Shown here in pieces: positions 47,084 through 55,924 of a DNA stretch of 64,000 nucleotides (the stretch's first letter is position 1; every line of letters begins with the position of its first letter). The translations under genes and the position numbers were made by a program. A model generated the notes under the pieces. The model made no database searches. It was not told the DNA's origin and saw nothing but the letters and a program-made list of their open reading frames with translations. Origin of the DNA: Candidatus Prevotella equi (GTDB lineage: Bacteria; Bacteroidota; Bacteroidia; Bacteroidales; Bacteroidaceae); contig JAGHTW010000067.1 of assembly GCA_018065145.1 (NCBI GenBank), positions 3,067 through 67,066 on the forward strand, given 5' to 3'.

Positions 47084-47126
47084 AAAGCGCAGTTGCAGAC
47101 CGAAAAATGGTCCGCAACTGCGCTTT
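47084..47126. terminator. bidirectional terminator after the PL11-like gene
   Basis: aaagcgcagttgc...gcaactgcgcttt forms a 13-bp outer stem with an inner gacc/ggtc pairing. Confidence 0.8.
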
Positions 47127-47208
47127 CTTCGTAAAGGGCGGTTTTTAGGAGATGTCGCAAAAATCGCCTTTGTAACTATTTGATAATCAAGGGTAAAAAG
47201 GGGGCTCT

Positions 47209-47296
47209 GTAATCGTGCCACTTTTACCGTGTAATCGTGCCACTTTTACCGAGTAATCGTGCAACAATTACCGTGTAATCGTGCAACGATTACAAC
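47209..47296. repeat. 22-bp tandem array (gtaatcgtgccacttttaccgt), 4 copies
   Basis: Units at 47209, 47231, 47253 and 47275. The last unit is the palindrome gtaatcg-tgcaa-cgattac. The array ends 7 nt from the rodA stop. Confidence 0.9.
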
Positions 47297-47302
47297 ACTA
47301 TG

Positions 47303-48760
47303 TTATTTCCTTAGTAAATTACGGCTTGCATCAATGCGTAAAAAGATGAAAAGAAGCAGCGTGAAACCCCATAACGAAGAGCCGCCATACGAGAAAAATG
47401 GCAACGGGATTCCGATGACCGGAGTCAGTCCGAGCACCATGCCCACATTGATGAACAGATGGAAGAGGAAGATGCTCAAAACACAGTAGCCATAGACTCG
47501 CCCGAAGGTGTGAATCTGTCGTTCCGCGACGTGTATCAATCGCAGTATGAGAGCAAGGAAAAGCACCAAAACACCGGCAGAACCGAAGAAGCCCTCCTCC
47601 TCGCCGACGGTACAGAAGATGAAGTCAGTGTCCTGTTCCGGTACGAATTTCAGTTTCGTCTGCGTTCCGTTGAGGAATCCCTTTCCGTAGATACCGCCCG
47701 AACCGATGGCTATCTCGCTCTGATGCACGTTATATCCCGCTCCGGCAAGGTCCTCTTCCAGTCCTAACAGCACGTTGATACGCACACGCTGGTGCGGCTG
47801 CATCACATTATTCAGAACGTAGGAAGCCGAGAAGAAGAACGCCACCGAACCAATGGCGAAAAGCAGAATGAGAAGGTATTCCTTCATAGGTTTTCCCGTC
47901 CATATCCAGACGATATATCCCATCATGACGACGGTGAGGATAATCTGTATCCAAACGATGTTGAAAGGTATCACATAGACGGAGAAAAGAAGTGCTAAGA
48001 TGGTGACAGTCAGTGATGTACCGCCAATGATGAGCGCCTCCTGCCTTGCTTTGCAATATACCTCGATAAGTCCTGCGGTGAAAATCTGCACCAACAGCAT
48101 CACGATGAAAGGACCAACGGTCGTAGGAGTGTCAAAAAGCAGTGTGTCCTGATACCTTATTCCGACAACAAAATATACTACCATCGCCACTGCCGTGAAG
48201 AGAAAACTGCCCGTCATGCCCTCGCGGTACAGCATCAGGAAGAAAGCAGAATAGACAAGTGCGGAACCTGTCTCTTTCTGCATGATAATCAGTAACATAG
48301 GCGTTACTATCACGGCTATCGCCTTGGCGAGGTTCTGCCACTTGGAAAGCGTGAATTTGTACGTTGACATAAGCTTCGCGACGGCAAGGGCGGTGGCGAA
48401 TTTTGCAAACTCTGCCGGCTGCAATCGTAATGGTCCCAGAACGAGCCACGAACGGGAGCCTTTTATCTCGTGGGGATTGAAAATCGTAGCAAAAAGGAGT
48501 AGCAGTAACGCTGCGTATATGGCGAAGGCAAAAGTGTCGTATAGCCTATCGTCAAGCAGAAGCAGGCATGTGGCAAGAACGATACTCGTGCCAATCCATA
48601 TAATCTGCATGCCCGAACGGGTGTCGAGAGAGAAAATGTCTGTCTCGCCGTAGGAGTATGACGCACCACAGACACTCACCCAGCCGAATACTAAAAGGGC
48701 GAGGTAAATGATTATCGTACACCAGTCGATGGAACGTATTACTGATTTTTCCTTTTGCAT
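47303..48760 (-). CDS. rodA: FtsW/RodA/SpoVE family peptidoglycan glycosyltransferase (RodA-like)
   Basis: 485 aa and polytopic. 'RLQPAEFAKFATALAVA', 'PEQDTDFIFCTVGEEEGFFG' and 'PLPFFSYGGSS' are SEDS motifs. Confidence 0.85.
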   Translation of the reverse strand: MQKEKSVIRSIDWCTIIIYLALLVFGWVSVCGASYSYGETDIFSLDTRSGMQIIWIGTSIVLATCLLLLDDRLYDTFAFAIYAALLLLLFATIFNPHEIKGSRSWLVLGPLRLQPAEFAKFATALAVAKLMSTYKFTLSKWQNLAKAIAVIVTPMLLIIMQKETGSALVYSAFFLMLYREGMTGSFLFTAVAMVVYFVVGIRYQDTLLFDTPTTVGPFIVMLLVQIFTAGLIEVYCKARQEALIIGGTSLTVTILALLFSVYVIPFNIVWIQIILTVVMMGYIVWIWTGKPMKEYLLILLFAIGSVAFFFSASYVLNNVMQPHQRVRINVLLGLEEDLAGAGYNVHQSEIAIGSGGIYGKGFLNGTQTKLKFVPEQDTDFIFCTVGEEEGFFGSAGVLVLFLALILRLIHVAERQIHTFGRVYGYCVLSIFLFHLFINVGMVLGLTPVIGIPLPFFSYGGSSLWGFTLLLFIFLRIDASRNLLRK

Positions 48761-48844
48761 CTTTGTGAGATCTAAATCCTGATTACTTTAGAAAAATAGG
48801 AGAAAATAGGGGGATTACAACCAAGTTACTGTCGTAAATTGTTG

Positions 48845-48852
48845 CAAAGTTA
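48845..48852 (-). promoter_or_regulatory. -7 promoter box (TAACTTTG) for rodA
   Basis: caaagtta on the plus strand, about 85 nt upstream of the rodA ATG. Confidence 0.4.
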
Positions 48853-48916
48853 ATATTTTTTCACGATTTTTTTATAACTTCTTGAGCAATTAGTCTTTTC
48901 TTTAAGATTTTTTTAC

Positions 48917-48924
48917 TAATTTTG
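48917..48924 (+). promoter_or_regulatory. -7 promoter box (TAATTTTG) for the pilus-like cluster
   Basis: Exact match. The first downstream ATGs are at 48949 and 48976. Confidence 0.5.
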
Positions 48925-48975
48925 CACCCGAATTCAAGTTATCAATTGATGCAAAATATTTATTACATACTTAAA

Positions 48976-50403
48976 ATGCATTTCCGCGGTTATATGGGAA
49001 TGCTGCTTTTGCTATTATTTATGATGCCTGCCGCTTCATTACGCGCGCAGGTGTTCGACAATAGCAGACAGGTTGACACCTTGTCGATTGCTGAACGTAT
49101 CTCTATACGTACGAACCTCGTGGATTGGGGACTGACAGTTCCTAATATCGGCGTGGAGTTTGACCTGCGTAAAGAGAACTGGAACCGTTATGCTGTAGGT
49201 ATAAACCTGAGATACCGTCCACGTACTTCGGGTACTTATGTGCGTCCTTTCGTCTTCAACCTTTTTGAAGCAACGCTGGAAGGTCGTCACTACTGGCATG
49301 AGCGCAAGGCGGAGCCAAGCGGATACCTGAAGCGTCATCGCCACTGGATTGACAAGGTTTTCTCTTGCCGTACTATGATGCCAAGTCACCCACGATGGAT
49401 TTTCTATCGCGGAGGATATGTGTCATACTCTGACTTCTCAATGCTTCTTGGAAACAACGGCTGGCAGGGTCAGGCTATTCTTGCCGGTTTCACTTGGGGT
49501 TTCATAAAGCCTTTCGTGGCTTTCCAGAATGGTAACAGCATTGACCTTGAGTTTGGCTTCTCTGCTGGTATCGGTGTTAACAAGTACGACAACTATACCA
49601 TTAACGAATACACCAACTGCTATCCTCGTACTGGTACACACGGATGGGGCTTTATTCCTTATCCTGTAGTGCGAGAGATACGTGCCGGTTTCGTATATCG
49701 CCTCGGCAACTATCCTATCCAGAAGAAGTATCGCTGGCGCTATGACGTGGATATGGATTATCGCAACAAGCGTGACTCAATATACAATGCTTGGCTTGCT
49801 GCTCGTGAGCAGAAGTACATACGCGATTCCATCTATAAGGTGGTGGCACAGGAATTCAAGGTGTTGTATGACTCATGTGTTGACAGCCGCCATAAGATGG
49901 AACAGGATGATATTGATGCTAAGGCACCAAAGCGTATCACACAGGATTCTATCAAGTTGCGTAAGCAGTTCATACGCGATTCTATCGCTGCACGCAAGGA
50001 TTCTATAGCTCGCGAAAAGGCTATAAAGGCTGGTAAGCCAATACCTGTGGGTAAATATACCGCTAAGGAACAGAAGATAAAGACAGCGAAGGCTTCTGCT
50101 GAAAAGGCAAAGGCTAAACAGGTTGCTAATCGTGATAAGGCGAAGATTGCTGCCATCAAGGCTAAAGCCGCTAAGGAAAAGGCTAAGACGGTGAGCGGAA
50201 AGACAACGACGGCTGCGTCAACGACAAATAATACTCGTGGCAATGCGAAGAAGGAAGAGGACGACAGCGCTGTAATGTCTGACAAGGAAGCCAAGAAGCT
50301 GTTGCAACAGCAGAAGGCTGAACGCGCGAAGGCTGCCGCTGAACGTGCAAAGGCACGAATAGCTGCACAACGAGAGGCAAGAAAAGCAGGAACAAAGAAA
50401 TAA
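48976..50403 (+). CDS. DUF3575-type outer-membrane barrel protein with a ~170-aa Lys/Ala-rich C-terminal tail
   Basis: Signal peptide '...LLLLLFMMPAASLRAQ'. 'ISIRTNLVDWGLTVPNIGVEFDL' is the DUF3575 N-terminal signature. The tail is 'KASAEKAKAKQVANRDKAKIAAIKAKAAKEKAK...'. The track start at 48922 (TTG) overlaps the -7 box, and ATG 48949 is an alternative start. Confidence 0.65.
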   Translation: MHFRGYMGMLLLLLFMMPAASLRAQVFDNSRQVDTLSIAERISIRTNLVDWGLTVPNIGVEFDLRKENWNRYAVGINLRYRPRTSGTYVRPFVFNLFEATLEGRHYWHERKAEPSGYLKRHRHWIDKVFSCRTMMPSHPRWIFYRGGYVSYSDFSMLLGNNGWQGQAILAGFTWGFIKPFVAFQNGNSIDLEFGFSAGIGVNKYDNYTINEYTNCYPRTGTHGWGFIPYPVVREIRAGFVYRLGNYPIQKKYRWRYDVDMDYRNKRDSIYNAWLAAREQKYIRDSIYKVVAQEFKVLYDSCVDSRHKMEQDDIDAKAPKRITQDSIKLRKQFIRDSIAARKDSIAREKAIKAGKPIPVGKYTAKEQKIKTAKASAEKAKAKQVANRDKAKIAAIKAKAAKEKAKTVSGKTTTAASTTNNTRGNAKKEEDDSAVMSDKEAKKLLQQQKAERAKAAAERAKARIAAQREARKAGTKK

Positions 50404-50420
50404 TAAGGAGGAATAGCAAC

Positions 50421-51719
50421 ATGATAAAAGCAATAAAACATAATATGTTCATGAGCCTCCTGGCTATCGCTGCGGCGGCTACGACGATGACATCGTGCGT
50501 GAAAGAGCAGTTGTGCTTTGACACCGAAGGCGATGTAAGCATGTATGACTCACTCATGCAGGATCATCTCGATACATATCACGTGGGAAAGGTCAACTTC
50601 AAGTATGATTGGAATAACATCACAAGCCACGGAATGCAGGTGCCTGACTCTATGTTCGTGCTCGTTGACCGCGTGATATTCCAGAATGTAGGTTCCTTGG
50701 CTTTGGAGACAAAGACGGAGACAGGTAAGATTCTTGCTCCATTCACGAAGATACGTCCTGCCGTGAATAGTGGAATAAAGGATTTTGATATCTATGCCGG
50801 AGAGTATAAGTTCCTCACTGTGAACTACAGTTCTACGAACTTTAACTACGCAGAGATGCAGAATCTTATGACAAAGACGCTCTCTAACCACATGAGCAAC
50901 GTCAGCATAGCGTATAACTCTTATAAGAAAGGTCAGAAAAAGAACGGAGAACTGATTCTTGATGAACCTGAGAATTGGATGGACGCAAACCAATATACAC
51001 GTCCTGATGGTACTCCTTGCAGCTTTGTACTCACTGAGTCTGCTCCTGTCGTGATAGACTCTACGACAATCACTAAGTGGGAGGCTAACGAGACTAAGAC
51101 GATTAACTTCAAGCCAACGACCATCACTCAGAACATAGATATATTCTTTGATATCAAGAAGGATGTGTCAGAACTGAGCTTTGAGGTGGATTCGGTATAT
51201 GCCGTTATCTCTGGTATTCCTCATAGGGTGAATCTTGGAACGGGAGGACTTGACATCTCGGATACAGACAAGATGATTTTCCGCACTGATCTGGTGAATC
51301 CGAATGTCGTTCCTGACGAAAAGACACAGCCAGTGAAGGATACTCCAAGCAATACGAAGGTAAGATGTTTCAAGAACGTAACGGTACTGGGCATCGTGGA
51401 GAATGAACTCGCAGAGACGGATTTGTACGCAGGACCGGGCGTCATGCAGCTTATAATATATAATAAGGTGTATAACACTGACGGAACAGTGACATACAGA
51501 ACCGTTACCGGTATGGTGAATATACATAAGAGTCTGTTGAATGCAAAGCTGCAACTCTTCGATCCAGACTTGCAACTGTATCACAAGACACGTGAGCATT
51601 CTGACCTATATATCTCTATTGACGTGACACTGTCAAAGAGCAATATCCTTGGAACGGATGATGGAGGTATCGTAAAGTGGAATGAGCAGACAATACCAAG
51701 TGAGTTCGAAATATACTAA
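50421..51719 (+). CDS. lipoprotein, FimB/Mfa2-like (putative type V pilus anchor/terminator subunit)
   Basis: Lipobox 'TTMTSC'. 'INFKPTTITQNIDIFFDIKKD...VYAVISGIPHRVNLGTGG' resembles the Mfa2-family pattern. No S-R-[GA] maturation site is present. Confidence 0.45.
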   Translation: MIKAIKHNMFMSLLAIAAAATTMTSCVKEQLCFDTEGDVSMYDSLMQDHLDTYHVGKVNFKYDWNNITSHGMQVPDSMFVLVDRVIFQNVGSLALETKTETGKILAPFTKIRPAVNSGIKDFDIYAGEYKFLTVNYSSTNFNYAEMQNLMTKTLSNHMSNVSIAYNSYKKGQKKNGELILDEPENWMDANQYTRPDGTPCSFVLTESAPVVIDSTTITKWEANETKTINFKPTTITQNIDIFFDIKKDVSELSFEVDSVYAVISGIPHRVNLGTGGLDISDTDKMIFRTDLVNPNVVPDEKTQPVKDTPSNTKVRCFKNVTVLGIVENELAETDLYAGPGVMQLIIYNKVYNTDGTVTYRTVTGMVNIHKSLLNAKLQLFDPDLQLYHKTREHSDLYISIDVTLSKSNILGTDDGGIVKWNEQTIPSEFEIY

Positions 51720-51742
51720 AGCAGAATAAGAAACAAGATATA

Positions 51743-53023
51743 ATGAACAAGGTTAGCAAGAATATATGGATGGTGCTGTTGATGGTGGGAGCAACAATGT
51801 TGTTCTCATGCAGTAGCGAATATCCTGAGCTGAAATATACTCCTGATAATGCGGAGAGCCTTAACAAAGAGGTGCGAGGTACTATTGCTATAACACCTAC
51901 ATTGAACTATAGTTCTATCTTCTTTGTCAGTGCTTCACGCGGTAGCGGTGCATTCGATAGAGATCATTATCTCAGCGACTTTGAACAGCATTATATGAAC
52001 GCAAAGTTCTATGTGCTCGGATTCCGCAGAGCTGCTGCTGAGGGAGAAATGTCACAGCCTGTGGATTTCACACAGTTGATGAACAAGAACACTAATCCTG
52101 ACCGTAAGGACTGTCTCTTCAGTACTACAAAGGTCATGCTCGGAGAACTTGAACAGCCAGGAAAGCTGATGATGCCTATGGATTTCACCGGAGCATTGAA
52201 GTATATGGACGATGAGACCGGTACGAAAGAGGATGAGCGTATCCTATGGAATGAGGTCTATGGCACTACGGGATATGACTTCTACGGCTACTATTACGAT
52301 GACGCTAAGATTAATAGCATAAAGACTACCGAGGAAAAGGTAACGATGGACGTAACAATCGATGGTACACAAGACTTGATGATTGGTATGGCACCTGAGA
52401 TTACAAGGTCTTTGCTCGAACAGCATTATCCTGGCGTGGTGGAACAGCAGACAAAGGATAAGATTCTTGCATACGGCGAAGGCGCATACACTACCTTTGG
52501 TGCAGGACATAGCGTACAGCCAAAGATTGATATGAAGCATTGTCTGGCTAGACTGATGGTTTATTGTAATCAGGTAGATGCTGCTGCACAGGTAAAAGTG
52601 AAGGACGTTAGACTGAAGGCGCGCACTAATGGCATCATGACTGTTGCTGCAAGAAATCACGAGGAGGTAGGATTTACTCCAACGGGTGGATATTCTGTGT
52701 TGCATCTGCCTAATATCAATGTGCCACTGGAATATAAGAAGGATGTATTGCTCGGTCCTGGCGTGATGATTCCTGAAGAGGATCAGTATGAACTGGAACT
52801 GGTGTTCGAAGAGACATACTTCAAGGACGAGGCTGGTACACAGACAGAGACAAAGACAAGTGTCTATCCTTTCGTGATAAAGATGGATAATGATACGTTC
52901 CATGCAGGTACTTCATACTATATTAAGTTGACGATGTACGGCGTAACGGGTGCTGATATTGACGTAAGCACTAACGAACACTGGATGGACGGTGGTACTA
53001 TTGATATCGGTACACAGGATTAA
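51743..53023 (+). CDS. fimbrillin-like lipoprotein (type V pilin class), paralogue 1
   Basis: Lipobox 'MLFSC' (Cys23) and 'VSASR|GS' at Arg66. 'IDGTQDLMIG' and 'MKHCLARLMVY' are shared with the three downstream paralogues. Confidence 0.55.
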   Translation: MNKVSKNIWMVLLMVGATMLFSCSSEYPELKYTPDNAESLNKEVRGTIAITPTLNYSSIFFVSASRGSGAFDRDHYLSDFEQHYMNAKFYVLGFRRAAAEGEMSQPVDFTQLMNKNTNPDRKDCLFSTTKVMLGELEQPGKLMMPMDFTGALKYMDDETGTKEDERILWNEVYGTTGYDFYGYYYDDAKINSIKTTEEKVTMDVTIDGTQDLMIGMAPEITRSLLEQHYPGVVEQQTKDKILAYGEGAYTTFGAGHSVQPKIDMKHCLARLMVYCNQVDAAAQVKVKDVRLKARTNGIMTVAARNHEEVGFTPTGGYSVLHLPNINVPLEYKKDVLLGPGVMIPEEDQYELELVFEETYFKDEAGTQTETKTSVYPFVIKMDNDTFHAGTSYYIKLTMYGVTGADIDVSTNEHWMDGGTIDIGTQD

Positions 53024-53092
53024 TGCTTAACGGCTATCGTGTTACTGTTAACGACTATTGTAAAGAATTTAGAAGATAATAAAACAAGATAT

Positions 53093-54376
53093 ATGATGAA
53101 GAAATCGTTTTTCTACACCTTCGCCATTGTTGCCGCAATGACGAGTTGTTCTTCGCAGGAGGATTCTTTGGAAACTTCTTTTGAGACGTCAAATGATGTG
53201 CTGGCATTGAATATTGCTGCACCATCGCTGACTGAGCAATCAAGAGGAACAGGAACTATTGGTACTACGGATCCTAACACAAACCAGTGGCAGGGACAGA
53301 GAGTAAAGGTTTACATGTTCAACAAAGGTACGCTGACACCAACAAAGCTCGAGGACGTAAACGGACAACTGAAGCCAATCTTTGATAATACAGAGGTGTT
53401 TGCTCCAAATGGTGTGGCTGTAGGACCTGTATCAAAGACCAATGGTACACGTTCGTATTATCCTATCAGTGGCGCAAGCGACTTCTGGGGATATCGTACT
53501 GACGGAGCAGAAAGCGGTCAGCCTATAGCATCTGCTACAAATATCGCTGTGCCATTCGAAATCAATGGCTCACAGGATATCATGGTGGGAAAGACTGACA
53601 ACAGTAAGATTACTGCGGTAGGAGAGGAATATCTCTATTCTGCTAAGTCTGCTCGTCTGGGTGTCGTGCCAGAGTTGGATTTCAAGCATCTCCTTACACG
53701 TCTCACATTCTCTATCAGAGCATACGAGGATATGACAGAATACAGTGACCAGGCAGAGAAGATTCCTGAGGAAATGATAATGATTAACAACAACCAGTCA
53801 TTGGTTGACAAGGACTTGGACTTCTGTCTGCGCGAGTTCGGCGTGAGAAAGGTTTCTCTCGGTGTATTCGTGGATTCTATTATGATTGAATCGGCTACTA
53901 CAGGTAAGGTTATCGTTGCTTATACCGCTGCTGATGCTGACAAAGAGCAGAAGATAGTATGGGATAATACAAAGGTAAGAAACCTCACACTGATGGATCG
54001 CCCTGCTATTGACGGCGTGCCACAGCCTACAGAACCATTGAAGAAGATGGAGATGTCGATCGTACCACGTGGCGTTCATAAACCACTTGGTGAGGCTTTG
54101 TTGCTGAAGCCTGCTGAAAGATATAACATCCGTGTGGCTATGCACCAGTATAAGCAGGACGGATTGAATGACGGCAAATATACAAGAAAGGCTGTTCTCT
54201 GGCCAAATAGCGAACAGACACCACACACAATAGACCTTTCATCATTGCCAGGAAAGGGTGCTGCGGGATATTCTTACAACATTCGTCTCGGCGTCAGTGG
54301 TCTGGAAGAGATTCGTCTCTACGGAGTATTGGAGAAATGGGAAGACGGCGGTATCGGCAATAAGGATATAGAATAA
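53093..54376 (+). CDS. fimbrillin-like lipoprotein, paralogue 2
   Basis: Start at MMKKS. Lipobox 'AMTSC' (Cys19), beta-strand 'VLALNIAAP', then 'QSR|GT' (Arg51). 'INGSQDIMVG', 'FKHLLTRLTFSI'. Confidence 0.55.
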   Translation: MMKKSFFYTFAIVAAMTSCSSQEDSLETSFETSNDVLALNIAAPSLTEQSRGTGTIGTTDPNTNQWQGQRVKVYMFNKGTLTPTKLEDVNGQLKPIFDNTEVFAPNGVAVGPVSKTNGTRSYYPISGASDFWGYRTDGAESGQPIASATNIAVPFEINGSQDIMVGKTDNSKITAVGEEYLYSAKSARLGVVPELDFKHLLTRLTFSIRAYEDMTEYSDQAEKIPEEMIMINNNQSLVDKDLDFCLREFGVRKVSLGVFVDSIMIESATTGKVIVAYTAADADKEQKIVWDNTKVRNLTLMDRPAIDGVPQPTEPLKKMEMSIVPRGVHKPLGEALLLKPAERYNIRVAMHQYKQDGLNDGKYTRKAVLWPNSEQTPHTIDLSSLPGKGAAGYSYNIRLGVSGLEEIRLYGVLEKWEDGGIGNKDIE

Positions 54377-54418
54377 GAAAAACGAAAGCAAGAGTAATAA
54401 GAATAAATAAGGAGAATT

Positions 54419-55873
54419 ATGAGAAAAATAATTCTTAAAACGACAATAGCAGTTGTTGCAATGGCAGGACTCGCCGCATGTACCGACAGTGATATCATAA
54501 GCACTGCCGAGACAATGTCGGTTGAAGAGGCTATGCAGCCAAGCGACGTGGAGATAGTGCTCGGAGCAACAGCACAGAATATGACGTCAAGGGCAAGCAT
54601 AGAATCTGATGGCGTTGAGCATCCGTTCTTCAGAACAAACAAAAACGATACGCTCGGTGTCTTCGCACTTGCTACTGGCATCATAGAGAATAACGCAAAG
54701 TACTATGGTGACGTGACCATTAAGTGGGCAGGCGACTGGGTGGAAGAAAAGAATAAAGAAGGTAAGGTGATAGGCAAGAAGCATGTCTTCAATGATGCTT
54801 ACTCCGTATATCTAAATAATGTTAGAGCCGGTGTGACATACGTCTCTAACTCGTTCGGAGCTACTCTCGGTTCACGCATCGCATGGATGGATACAAAGAA
54901 CGGAAAAGTGTATTATCCTCTGGGCAGTATGCACAAATATTCCTTCTATGCGTATAACCCACGCGTGGATTCCATCAATTATAGCGCTGACAGAATCGTT
55001 GCAGTGATGAGAAACCTCAAGGGATGCGAGGATGTAATATGGGGCGCTTGTGAACCAGCAATGACAGATCCTGTATGGAATCTCGCTTATAGCGCAGACT
55101 ACTTCCGCCAGAAGGTGACAATGGATCGTTATGATGAAACGAAGAGTGAGACGACATTCAACTTCCAGCACAAGATGATGAGACTCACATTTGAAATACT
55201 TCCTGGTGCAGAGGATGAGTCATTGCCTCCAATGGAGCGTAACTACGATGAGGCTTATAAGACAACGGTTCACAGCATAAGTATCATCAATGCACCTGAT
55301 GAGGTACAGCTCGTTGTTGCTGATAAGACTCTTGGAGCTGAAAACATGCAGGGGGCGCTGACATACAGCTCTGCAAGAAACAAAAAGTATTATCTGAAAG
55401 AGAGAAGAAAGAATATAAAAGGCGAGACAGTGCTTGACTCCCTGCTCGCTCCTGTTAGCCCAAGAGCTAAGGATCCTCTTTATGTAGAGGGAAACAGGGA
55501 TGAGACAAACGTACCTGATACGATAAAGATTGGCGAGGGTATCATTCTTCCTGCATTGAATGACGTGGATAGAATGAATAATCCTTACAAGATGCAGTTA
55601 CTCCTGGAATATCCAAAGGGTACTTATCAGGTGAAGACATTCACACTCAATGCACCTTACGGTAAGTTTGAACCAGGAATGTCCTACAATCTTAAACTGA
55701 AGATATACAGTCCTAAGGATATTTCAATCAGTGCTACAGCATCACAGTGGCAACTGTTGAATGATTCCCAATATAACTCTTATGTTGATCCTTTGAAGGA
55801 GCAGACAGAGAAGAGAATAGAGGAAGAAAAGAAAAAGAAAGAAGAGGAAGAGAAGAAGAAATCCTTATTATAA
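54419..55873 (+). CDS. fimbrillin-like lipoprotein, paralogue 3 (Glu/Lys-rich C-terminus)
   Basis: Lipobox 'LAAC' (Cys21), 'VEIVLGATA', 'TSR|AS' (Arg58). 'NLKGCEDVIWG', 'FQHKMMRLTFEI'. The tail is 'EEEKKKKEEEEKKKSLL'. Confidence 0.55.
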   Translation: MRKIILKTTIAVVAMAGLAACTDSDIISTAETMSVEEAMQPSDVEIVLGATAQNMTSRASIESDGVEHPFFRTNKNDTLGVFALATGIIENNAKYYGDVTIKWAGDWVEEKNKEGKVIGKKHVFNDAYSVYLNNVRAGVTYVSNSFGATLGSRIAWMDTKNGKVYYPLGSMHKYSFYAYNPRVDSINYSADRIVAVMRNLKGCEDVIWGACEPAMTDPVWNLAYSADYFRQKVTMDRYDETKSETTFNFQHKMMRLTFEILPGAEDESLPPMERNYDEAYKTTVHSISIINAPDEVQLVVADKTLGAENMQGALTYSSARNKKYYLKERRKNIKGETVLDSLLAPVSPRAKDPLYVEGNRDETNVPDTIKIGEGIILPALNDVDRMNNPYKMQLLLEYPKGTYQVKTFTLNAPYGKFEPGMSYNLKLKIYSPKDISISATASQWQLLNDSQYNSYVDPLKEQTEKRIEEEKKKKEEEEKKKSLL

Positions 55874-55924
55874 TAGATAATCAACAACAAGAAATAATAA
55901 CAAATAAAATAAACCCAAAGAATT

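Noticed and set aside
48922-48975. TTG start of the first DUF3575 gene as given in the track.
   Set aside because: It overlaps the -7 box at 48917-48924. The signal peptide is intact from ATG 48976, and 48949 is also possible.
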